Sequence record: OQ420740.1
Length of the DNA: 64,000 nucleotides
Direction: 5' to 3' (one strand)
From: Escherichia phage B9-1
In this document: positions 18,232 to 27,600 of the stretch, one piece after another
How the letters are laid out: each line of letters begins with the position of its first letter
How positions within the stretch are numbered: position 1 is the first letter of the stretch
Notes under the pieces: generated by a model
Seen by the model: the letters and a program-made list of their open reading frames with translations, nothing else
What the model was told of the DNA's origin: nothing
The model's database searches: none
Position numbers and translations under genes: made by a program

Positions 18232-21200
18232 ATGGCTGATATTAAAGTTGTCAGAATTGAATCTCTTCCTGCCACTACCGCAGTGACAGAGGATGATTAC
18301 CTGGTTGTTCAACAACCAGACCTGACCCGTCGTGTGAAAATTGGCGATGTTGTCCATGTGGATGGGACTGTTTCTCATGTAATCTCCTTTAAGGAAGGTG
18401 GTAAGTTAAACGGCCCAATGGATTTTGCCTACTTCGAAGAGGAAGATCTATACCTGCGTTGGAAAGGCGAATTTCCACACACTGTTCCTGCACTGTCTTC
18501 ACCATATTCTGATGGTGGGATTACCGATGCTGCATGGATGGTATATACAGACCCGTCCTTAAGGGAGGAGCTGGAGTCTACCATTGGTGCGTCTATGATT
18601 ATGACAGCCGAAGGGCAGTCTGTCCAGGATGTAATGGATGTTACTGTTCAGACAGCCAACGATGCTAAAGCACTTGCACAGCGGGTAGATTTTGGTACAG
18701 TACATACTGTGGGCGATGTTGTTCACCTTGTCAACTTTGTTGGCCCTGCAGTTATTGAAGAGGGACGAACCACTAACTATCCTTCCGTAGCAGCTGGTGA
18801 AAAATTTCTGAATGGTGTGGTATCTCGTCGTGATACTACAACTGTTGATGGTATTTTCCGTGGCGCTACTTCCGGAGCCATGTATACCATTGCAGTAACA
18901 AACGGTGTGGTAACAACAAAAAGAATAGCCCTTCGTGATGAATTTAAACGCCTGGAGGCAAATAATCCAACAAGAACAGTTATCCGTGCTGGGGATGATG
19001 TAAACACAGCAGGGTACTTGCAGCTTGATGCAACAGGCCGTTGGGGTATGTGGAACCAACAGACAGCTTCGTGGCAACCTCTTGCTATAGAGCAGGGCGG
19101 CACAGGAGCTAGAGATGCCGCAGGTGCACGCATTAACCTAGGTGCTTTCTATAAGCAACGTGCAGCCCTTGAGGCAAATTTCAATATCAATAACCTGACT
19201 GGTAATCAGGATGGTGTATACTACCAGCCTATGACTGCTAATGCAACTGAGGCAAATGGTTACCCTGCGGGTTCTGGTGCGGGTCACCTAATTGTTTGGC
19301 AGAACAATGCTAACGGCGGCACAGGCTGTCGTCAGGAATACTACCCATTCTCTAACGTAGATGTTTGGTATTTGAGAACCTATCAGGCCAACACAAACCA
19401 GTGGACTGCATGGCAGCCGATGGTCAGACCTCGTAACGATGAGACCTTTAGATCGCACATCGGTCTTGGGTCTAGGAATTCTCCTACCTTCGGGCACCTT
19501 TACTTATCTCAAAGTTCTGCTGATGTCAAGTCGGCATCTGGCATTGTTAACGGGGACAAGTACAGTGCTGACGGTGTCCTTGAGCATGGGTATAGGATCT
19601 ATTCCGAGGTAAGAAACGACAATAAGGCGTGGTTAACAATCCACCTGCACAAAGGTGCAAAAGGATCTGAAACTCATAGATATTTAGGTTTCCGCGAAGA
19701 CGGCGTATTAGACTGCCCTAAATACATGCAGGTTGGGGATCTTACTGGTCAGCTGACAAACTGGGGACTCGGAGAATGGATCCGTAGTTCAGGAGCAGAA
19801 AGAGGGTTCTGGGGATCCAAGAAAGCCGCCAAGATGGTCATCTGGGATGGCGGGATGGATGAATCCGGTAATGGTACTCTAGAATGGGGTGTTTATAACA
19901 ACCGGAAGGCCAAGTGGGAACCTTTACCTCAAGCCGCAGGTGGTACTGGGGCTACAACTCTAGCAGATGCTCAGAATCTGTTCAAAGTTCCTATAGCAGC
20001 AGGTGTAAAAGACTTCTTAACACTGCCAAGAACCGCAGGAATGGAAGATGGGAAATACTACCCGATCATCGTCAGAACAGATCCGTACTATGCTCCAGCA
20101 ACTGGCACTGATATTACCATAGTTACCAGATCGTCATCTGGAAATGACCCTATGAACTGTGCTACCTTACAGTGTCACTATAGAACTGGAGGATGGACAG
20201 ACAGAGGAGGCTCTTTCTACGGGGTAGTAAATTTCTACCAGAATGAAAAAGCAATTCTTGGGATGGTTGCTCCAACAAGGGGTAAACAAGAGTATGTTGC
20301 TTTCTATGTGGAGGCTCGTGCTTTCCCTGTCAGCATATACGCAAGTAGAAATGTTGTCGAAGTGTTTACCAGAGAGCAAGATTATCAGGTCGGCTCTGTA
20401 ACAAACAATCAGGACGGTGTTAAGTTCGTTTCACCTCTCCAGTCGGCAGACTTGAATCTTGCTATTCTTGGAGATAACAATACAAACACCAGACCTATTG
20501 TTGACTTCAAAGGCACCTCTGGGTTCTACACTGGCGGCGGCACACAGTGGCACTATATAGGCACTGCTGAGCGCTATGCAGTGATGAGCAAAATGAACAT
20601 GCCAAAAGTCGAGCTATGGGCAGACGGTCTTGACTATTTGTGCTACGGCAGTCCTAGAAAGGCGTTATTCTCTAATGCAGGATTCCAGTGTGCATCAGAC
20701 GGGACAGAAGACCTGACTAACGGTACGTTTACCTCTAAATGCGGTAATGGTGCTGGCCTCAAAGGACAGGCAGAGTTCAGATCTACTCCAGAAGCTGGTC
20801 AAGTTATTGTTCGTGATGTTGTAGGTTCTGCTCACAGATTCTACAATTTCAACAAAGATGGTACTTTCTCAGCACCGGGTGGTTTTGTATGTCATACTGG
20901 TGCAGATTGGAACAATCAGTTCGGGAATAATAATCCGTCCAAAATACTGGCTGGCAATGTCAACGGACCTGAAGGTTCAATGGTTGTTGGCGGGTTGTCT
21001 GTGGCATTTTCTGGAAACTATGCTTTCCAGATGGCAGGCCGTTTAGATCAGCTGTACACCCGTTCCATAGAGCAGGGTAACCACAGAGCGTGGAACAAAG
21101 TTATTCAGCACCGTGGTCAAGGGTTGGGTACTAGTGACCTTAACGATTACAAAGCGGATCGCGAAGGTATTTACCATCAAGAGGCAAATGCCAACGCCAC

Positions 21201-22671
21201 AGCGGAAAGACACTATCCACCAGGGCAGCAGATGGCTGGTACGCTGATCGTGCTTAGAAACTCTGCCAACGAGGGTACTGGGTGTGTCCAGATATATAAA
21301 ATGTATCTTGGTGGGACGTGGGAAAGGTATTATAATAACACTGGCAGTGGGATGAACTGGAGCCCTTGGAAGAGAACTAGCTTCCCAGAAAGTACAACTG
21401 CCCCAGTTATGCCAGATCTGTGGCTACCTTTAACCTCTAACCTGAAACCTGTGTTAGGTGAGGGGGAGATGATCTTCTCCAGACCTTCTACCGCAACCTA
21501 TTTCACTAAGCGTGGTGTTATGGCTGTTGCACAAGCAAACCAACCACGTTTCGAAAGAGATGGGCTGCTTATTGAAGGGCAAAGGACAAACCTAATGCTT
21601 AATAGTGAGGACCCAAGTAAGTGGGGGGCAAGTCAACAGATCACTGTTGGTAGCACTGTAACAAACACTAATGGAACAAAAGGTGCAAGATTTACAGTAA
21701 ACACCATATCCGGTGTAGAAACAACAGCGTTAAACCTAGCTACGGTTCCAGCCACCAGGGGTGCCGATGTAACAGGTGCTGAGAAATTCTGTACTGGGTC
21801 TATTATTGCAAGGGGCGGTAAAGCTCACCAAAGACTGCGTGTAAGATTCGACATGTACGACGGGTCCACCACAGTATTTCAAGGTGATGCTTATGTCAAC
21901 CTGTCAACACTTGAAGTTAAAACAACAGGTGTCGCAGCTGGGAGAATTAAAGTAAAAGCTGAGAGATGGCAAACAGCCGGACCTGCTTGGATAAGAGTTG
22001 TTGCTACGTTTGAGGCAGTGGACTCTGACATGAATATTGGGTGCCAGTTCCAGATTGCCCCACCGGATGGTTCTCAACATGCCGTAGGGGATTGGGTTGA
22101 CGTCGCAATACCTCAGTTTGAGTTAGGATCTTGTGAGTCCTCGTTTATCCCTACAGGGTCTTCACCAGTGACTAGGGCAGCAGACCTTTGTAAATTCCCA
22201 ATGACTGATAATTTAGCACCTAGACCGTTCACCATCGCCGCTACGGTGGATGCCAACTGGAGAGGTTGGGGAAAAGCTCCTAACGCAGCTCCTAGAGTTA
22301 TTGATACAGAGGGCCACCAATCAGGTGCTGCATTTATCATGGGATTTGGCTCTGCAGCAAATATTGCAGAAGATGGTTATCCATATTGTGATATTGGCGG
22401 TTCAAACAGACGTGTCTATGAGATGGCTAAAACACGTAAATTGAAAATTGGGTTCAGGATAAAAGATGACGGTAAAACCTGCTCTTTTGCTAACGGATTG
22501 GTGAGTACGGAAACGCAATCTTCTTGGGAATTCCTGGCAGGAGGCGCTCTCATCCGTCTCGGAGGTCAAACGGCGACAGGTGAAAGACATTTGTTTGGTC
22601 ATATTAAAGATGTAAGAGTTTGGAACTCTGCATTGACCGACACCCAGCTTATGATGGAGAGTGTTGAATAA
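18232..22671 (+). CDS. long tail fibre protein with internal repeats and LamG-like C-terminal domain
   Basis: 1479 aa; N-terminal domain shared with ORF 14929; two copies of a 60-aa repeat (19237-19425, 21181-21377); two QGGTGA motifs; C-terminus ...HLFGHIKDVRVWNSALTDTQL resembles the LamG/concanavalin-like signature. Confidence 0.6.
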   Translation: MADIKVVRIESLPATTAVTEDDYLVVQQPDLTRRVKIGDVVHVDGTVSHVISFKEGGKLNGPMDFAYFEEEDLYLRWKGEFPHTVPALSSPYSDGGITDAAWMVYTDPSLREELESTIGASMIMTAEGQSVQDVMDVTVQTANDAKALAQRVDFGTVHTVGDVVHLVNFVGPAVIEEGRTTNYPSVAAGEKFLNGVVSRRDTTTVDGIFRGATSGAMYTIAVTNGVVTTKRIALRDEFKRLEANNPTRTVIRAGDDVNTAGYLQLDATGRWGMWNQQTASWQPLAIEQGGTGARDAAGARINLGAFYKQRAALEANFNINNLTGNQDGVYYQPMTANATEANGYPAGSGAGHLIVWQNNANGGTGCRQEYYPFSNVDVWYLRTYQANTNQWTAWQPMVRPRNDETFRSHIGLGSRNSPTFGHLYLSQSSADVKSASGIVNGDKYSADGVLEHGYRIYSEVRNDNKAWLTIHLHKGAKGSETHRYLGFREDGVLDCPKYMQVGDLTGQLTNWGLGEWIRSSGAERGFWGSKKAAKMVIWDGGMDESGNGTLEWGVYNNRKAKWEPLPQAAGGTGATTLADAQNLFKVPIAAGVKDFLTLPRTAGMEDGKYYPIIVRTDPYYAPATGTDITIVTRSSSGNDPMNCATLQCHYRTGGWTDRGGSFYGVVNFYQNEKAILGMVAPTRGKQEYVAFYVEARAFPVSIYASRNVVEVFTREQDYQVGSVTNNQDGVKFVSPLQSADLNLAILGDNNTNTRPIVDFKGTSGFYTGGGTQWHYIGTAERYAVMSKMNMPKVELWADGLDYLCYGSPRKALFSNAGFQCASDGTEDLTNGTFTSKCGNGAGLKGQAEFRSTPEAGQVIVRDVVGSAHRFYNFNKDGTFSAPGGFVCHTGADWNNQFGNNNPSKILAGNVNGPEGSMVVGGLSVAFSGNYAFQMAGRLDQLYTRSIEQGNHRAWNKVIQHRGQGLGTSDLNDYKADREGIYHQEANANATAERHYPPGQQMAGTLIVLRNSANEGTGCVQIYKMYLGGTWERYYNNTGSGMNWSPWKRTSFPESTTAPVMPDLWLPLTSNLKPVLGEGEMIFSRPSTATYFTKRGVMAVAQANQPRFERDGLLIEGQRTNLMLNSEDPSKWGASQQITVGSTVTNTNGTKGARFTVNTISGVETTALNLATVPATRGADVTGAEKFCTGSIIARGGKAHQRLRVRFDMYDGSTTVFQGDAYVNLSTLEVKTTGVAAGRIKVKAERWQTAGPAWIRVVATFEAVDSDMNIGCQFQIAPPDGSQHAVGDWVDVAIPQFELGSCESSFIPTGSSPVTRAADLCKFPMTDNLAPRPFTIAATVDANWRGWGKAPNAAPRVIDTEGHQSGAAFIMGFGSAANIAEDGYPYCDIGGSNRRVYEMAKTRKLKIGFRIKDDGKTCSFANGLVSTETQSSWEFLAGGALIRLGGQTATGERHLFGHIKDVRVWNSALTDTQLMMESVE

Positions 22672-23003
22672 TGAATACTTTTACCCTTGGGTTTACTGGT
22701 AGGGAGGATTTTAACGGTTTCATGGACGAAATCGGCTTTTACGAGAATGAGGTGTTGCAAAACACCCTTCTTGTAGAGGTTGTCGGGTTCATTTACACAG
22801 AAACTGAAGACACTTATGAGGCCGAGGATGAGTTTGGCAACATGGTTGTCTACCCAGTTTGCGAGAAAAGTAAATTGTTTTATGTCAACGTTCTGGCTCT
22901 GGACGAAGATGCAGAAAATATCATCTCTAAAAGCGGAAAAATTGTAGATCCGATAAGGTTGAACATGTTCGACCCATCAGTATCTACCTTGGAAGCACTT
23001 TAA
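22671..23003 (+). CDS. hypothetical small acidic protein, possible fibre chaperone
   Basis: 110-aa ORF overlapping fibre stop (TAATGA), followed by terminator. Confidence 0.4.
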   Translation: MNTFTLGFTGREDFNGFMDEIGFYENEVLQNTLLVEVVGFIYTETEDTYEAEDEFGNMVVYPVCEKSKLFYVNVLALDEDAENIISKSGKIVDPIRLNMFDPSVSTLEAL

Positions 23004-23016
23004 AGTATAAAGTATT

Positions 23017-23047
23017 GCCCTCGCTTCGGCGAGGGCTTTTTGTTTGT
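23017..23047 (+). terminator. rho-independent terminator
   Basis: Stem GCCCTCGC / GCGAGGGC, loop TTCG, then TTTTTGTTTGT. Confidence 0.75.
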
Positions 23048-23048
23048 A

Positions 23049-23077
23049 TTGCGTATTAACTTAAAATCTGGTAAAAT
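23049..23077 (+). promoter_or_regulatory. sigma70-like promoter (TTGCGT, 17 bp, TGGTAAAAT)
   Basis: -35 at 23049-23054, -10 TAAAAT at 23072-23077 preceded by TGG; about 30 nt upstream of ORF 23109. Confidence 0.55.
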
Positions 23078-23108
23078 AACTATCATAATTGTTTAACCTG
23101 GAGGCATA

Positions 23109-23699
23109 ATGTTTTTATGGGAAAGACCTAGATATCTTCCAGATATTAGATTGGAGTTGCTGGCAGATATTGTTACGTTTAAAAGCCCGTTTACAGGTAA
23201 GACGCAAAAAGTAACCTATGCCACGCCCAACTGGAAAGGAACTTTGACGGTTTCCAATATAAGTGAGTCCCAGCTATTGGAGCTTAAAAGTTTTGTTGAT
23301 CAGGTTTACAAAGATGGAAACATTTTTCTTATCAAGGCTTATGGTCATTCAGTTACTTCCAATGAGCCAATCGCTCTAGGACCAACTGGTAATGACGATT
23401 TTTTGAAGACGGTTGGTTGGGAACCGAACAGAGATATAGTCAGGGCTGGGGATAAAATATCTGTCAATGATGAGTTGAAAGTTGTGACATCCTCAGTGCG
23501 AAGTGATGGTGTGGGGGCAGCTGTTATAAACATATCACCAAGACTTAGAAAACCTATTGCCGCAGGGGATACTATGAAGATAATAACTCAATCTCCGAAG
23601 GGTAGATTTCATATCAGGGATCTCTATAAGATTAAGCAAAAGGTTGATGCTATGCAGAAAGGTGATAATATAGTTATCAACTTTTTTGAGGATTTCTAA
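23109..23699 (+). CDS. distal tail protein (first gene of lambda/GTA-like tip cassette, candidate)
   Basis: 196-aa ORF with RBS GGAGG; first of a 196/183/141/1279-aa set whose sizes and order resemble GTA g12-g15 and lambda M-L-K-J. Confidence 0.4.
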   Translation: MFLWERPRYLPDIRLELLADIVTFKSPFTGKTQKVTYATPNWKGTLTVSNISESQLLELKSFVDQVYKDGNIFLIKAYGHSVTSNEPIALGPTGNDDFLKTVGWEPNRDIVRAGDKISVNDELKVVTSSVRSDGVGAAVINISPRLRKPIAAGDTMKIITQSPKGRFHIRDLYKIKQKVDAMQKGDNIVINFFEDF

Positions 23700-23700
23700 G

Positions 23701-24252
23701 ATGATAAGAGCGCCATTAGATAATTTATTTCTTGAAAAGCTAGAGCTTGATAGTGTTGAGATCTTAATTGCCGCAAAGCTAGAGCTGCCAACAGGAACTG
23801 TCAGGGTGTGCTCAGGCACTGGTGTTGTGGTGATTGAGGGGCAGCATTTTATAGGGATAGGTGGATCAGCAACATTGACTGCTGTATCTGAGAAAGATGC
23901 CACCAACTTTGGGTCTGTGGTAGCAACATTGAACGGGTTTGATCCCAAGTATGTAGGTGATCTGCTGAAGACGGAGTATTCGGGTTGTCGTGCCACGTTG
24001 TATATCACGGCTATGGAGAATGGTTTACCTGTTACAACCAATGGCTTGTTTGACGGCCTTATAACAGACATGGCTATTCAGACAGGGGAGAATAGTGCTT
24101 TGTCCATATCCATATCTTCCATCTTCAACAGCTGGTTAAGAGGTTTTCCTTATCGATACACAGAGGAGAGCCATAGCTCAAGAAACGATAATGACAGATT
24201 TTTTAAATATGTGGATCAGGTGGCAAGCCGCCCGATCATTTGGGAGGTTTAA
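23701..24252 (+). CDS. distal tail protein (gpL / DUF2163-like position)
   Basis: ATG 23701 right after upstream stop; 183 aa; Gly-rich beta-type composition; call is from position only. Confidence 0.35.
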   Translation: MIRAPLDNLFLEKLELDSVEILIAAKLELPTGTVRVCSGTGVVVIEGQHFIGIGGSATLTAVSEKDATNFGSVVATLNGFDPKYVGDLLKTEYSGCRATLYITAMENGLPVTTNGLFDGLITDMAIQTGENSALSISISSIFNSWLRGFPYRYTEESHSSRNDNDRFFKYVDQVASRPIIWEV

Positions 24253-24677
24253 TGAGCACACACCCTCGTTTAGTGGACTGGCAAGAAAGATTGTGGAAAG
24301 TGTTTGACGAAGAAGCCACCGTCCCGTTTGAATGGGGATTCCACGATTGCTGCACTTTTGCGGCTAAGTGTGTTGATGCCCAATACGGAACAGATTTTCT
24401 TTCTAACTTTGAAGGAACGTATAAAACAGAGTTGGAAAGCAAAAGATGGTGCATGCTTCGTTTCAAAACCACACATCTGCCTACTATTTTTGATCTCTTT
24501 TTGACTCGACTGGATACTCCTAAACAGGTTCAGCGTGGTGATATTGTTATTTTCGAAGGTCTGAACGGGCTCACCGCTGGTGTGTTCTGGAACAACCAGA
24601 TTTGGGCGAAAGGTGATAAAGGGATCTTTATGTTCGACATGAAAGATTCTATCGTTGTTGATGTCTGGAGGTATTAA
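24252..24677 (+). CDS. small NlpC/P60-like tail protein (gpK / GTA g14-like, candidate)
   Basis: ATG 24252 overlaps upstream stop (TAATG); contains WGFHDCCTF (candidate catalytic Cys in a D-C context) and GDIVIFEG; about 141 aa as for phage NlpC-family tail peptidases. Confidence 0.35.
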   Translation: MSTHPRLVDWQERLWKVFDEEATVPFEWGFHDCCTFAAKCVDAQYGTDFLSNFEGTYKTELESKRWCMLRFKTTHLPTIFDLFLTRLDTPKQVQRGDIVIFEGLNGLTAGVFWNNQIWAKGDKGIFMFDMKDSIVVDVWRY

Positions 24678-27600
24678 TGCCAATTGCAATGATTGATAAC
24701 ATCGTTGCTTCTGCAAGATCTTCGAGCTATGACTGGAACGCATCCAAGGCAGCTCTGGCTGACAGCCTGAACACTGTTACCACCAGAACCCTTGATAAGA
24801 TTTTCGAAGGCAACAAATCTTACAGAAGTCAACAAGATAGACAAAAACTTCTCAGATCTTCTGCTGCACCTTGCTCTGTAGTATATGGGAAGACACGCAC
24901 ATCTGGATTGCTTGCGTTTTTAGAGCAGGACAGGGACAGAACCCTTCATTGTGCTATTGTTCTTGCCAATCATCCCTTGGAAGGTATAGAAGATATACTT
25001 ATCGACGGTAATCCTATTTCCTCGTATGGGGATTTGGTATCGTGGGAGTTGCATAATGACAGGAAAACCTCTGATCCTTTCATGGGCACACACTGCCCTT
25101 CGTGGTCACCAGACATGATAGGTAGAGGGATCAGTTGGCTACGTGCCAGCTTTAAGTTTGACCCTAACAAGTTTCCTTTTGGGTTGCCAAACGTTACACT
25201 CGTCAAGGTTGGTAAAAAATGTTATGATCCTCGTATCAGTAAAGAGGTGTATACCAACAACGCTGCCTTGGTGATTCTGGACTATCTAAGAACGTACCTT
25301 AAATGTCCTGACGAAACCATCAACTGGGAGTCCTTCAAGGAAGCTGCCAACATATGCGACGAGGCTGTAAAAAACGCGGACGGAACCAGTGAGCGCCGTT
25401 ACACCATTAATGGTGAGTTCGACATGGACGAAGCACCAGCAAGTATTATGGCAGAAATGCTGAAGGCTTGTGGTGCAGACCTTAGCTATGTAGCTGGCAA
25501 ATACGGTCTGCTGGTAGGTGCATACTATGGCCCGGCAACAATGACACTGAGTGAGGACTGTGTTTGCGGTGAGGTTAAGATCTATCCTGAAGCCTCCTTC
25601 GACAAAAGATCAAACACAATAACTGGGAGATTCACCAGTCCAACCAAAGGGTATTCTGAAACAGACTTCCCATCGGTGTTCGTACCTGAATGGGTAGAGA
25701 AGGACGGAGAAAGAAAGATAATTGATATAGATTATCGTTTTGTTACCAGTCCTTATCAGGCTCAGCGTGTTTCCGCAATATTCTTAAGACGTGCCAGAGC
25801 TGGCAGGATTATTGAAGTAACCTGCAATATGAGGGGTTTTAAATTTAAGCCTGGGCGTTACGTTACGATGGACCTCCCAAGTATTGGTATAGTGGGCCAA
25901 GAAATGAGGGTTCTTGAATGGGAGTTCACCAAAAAGGGCGGTGTCAAGGTAAAACTCCGTCAAGATGCTAAAGAGTGGAATGATGCCACAGGGCAACTTC
26001 CGGATTCTGGAGATGTGGATATTCCGATATCCCCGTCCGGTGTAGCTCAACCGCAAAACTTCAGATACTCTGTTCTTCAAGCTGGGGAAGTAACTCATGG
26101 TGTTTTGGCTTGGGACAACGTTGGAACTTATGCTCAAAATATTGTGCAGGTAAGAAAGAACGGAGAGATTATTTGGACAGCACAAACAGTCGAGCAGTTT
26201 GTCCGCGTAGAAGGATTGACCAAAGGGTCATACACAGCAACCGTGGTTGCAACATCTTATAAGGGTGGTGTATCTCCAGAAGCCTACTGCGAGTTCAACA
26301 TTCAAGCACCTGAAGCTCCTGTTTCTGTAGAAGTTAAGCAGGGATACTTTGCTATCACCTTGATTCCGCACAGCAGGGACTTAGCAAGTGTAAGCACCCA
26401 GTATGATTTTTGGACATCTGGTATGACAAGGTTGCCGGACACAAGTGATGCAACCGTTACTTCAAAAGCCACCCGTATGGGTGTTGGTTCAACTTGGACA
26501 TCTGAAGGTCTGCAGAACGATAAGATTTATTATTGGTATATTCGAACCACAAACGCTTTTGGTAGTTCTCAGTTTGTAGAATGCGCTGCACGCTGCTACA
26601 CCTCTATTGAAGATTTGATGCCTCAGATAGATGCTGAATTTAAAAAGACAGAAACTTATAAAGAGTTGATGAGCACTTTAGATTCCTCTATCGAGGAGGT
26701 TGAAAATCGTGTCACAGAGCTTAACAAGTACATGGACGGAAGGGTAGATGAGGCATTCCAACAACTTGGAGATAGGATAGGTGCGGTAGTTACAGAGACA
26801 ACTCAGAAGTTTGAGGATGTCAATGGAAATATCACAGCTCTGGATAGGAAACTTGTTGCTGCACAGAACAAGTTCACCAACGATCTGAACACTGAAAGTG
26901 GAAGACTGGCATCCCTGATCGAGACAACCAATAAAGCAACCACTGATCTTCTGAACAAAAAGACAGAGGCTTTAGACGAGAAATTGGTTGCAGCCAAAGG
27001 GGAGTTGGTAGAACAAATAAGTGGTGTGGAGAGCGGATACCTTGCCGGAGATAAAACTCTAGATGGCAAGATCAATACCCAGAGAACGGAACTTGATGCA
27101 AGCATCTTAAGCACCAACCAGGCGACAGTGGATCTTCTCAACAGGACATCTGAAACTCTGGATCAAAAGATCAGTCAGACAAACGCGACGGTATCTAAGA
27201 ACTATACCACCCTTGATGGTAAGATAACTACCGCAAAAACTGATCTCAATACCTTGATTGCCAATACCAACAAGGCCACCACAGATTTGTTGAATCAGAA
27301 AACCTCTGCACTGTCGGAGCAGATAACTTCTGCACGTGGGGAAATTTCTACCAACAAACAGGCGATTAAGGATTTAGATGGGAAGCTGACCTCCACAAAA
27401 ACAGCACTGGACGCTACAATCTCCGATACCAACAAAGCAACCGTGGATCTTATTAACGGCACAGCGTCAGCTATTCGTCAAGAACTTGCTGTTGCTAAGC
27501 AGGAGATCATTGATGATGTCGGTGATGTGTCAGAGCTTAGAGCTGCAGTAGCTACAACATCTAAGGCTGTGACAGACTTAGAGGGCAAAGTAAATGCTCA

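Noticed and set aside
18559-19133. Minus-strand ORFs 18559..19077 and 18777..19133 inside the 1479-aa fibre gene
   Set aside because: Antisense to a long, well-supported plus-strand CDS in a one-directional operon; no RBS, Cys/Ser-rich junk-like translations.
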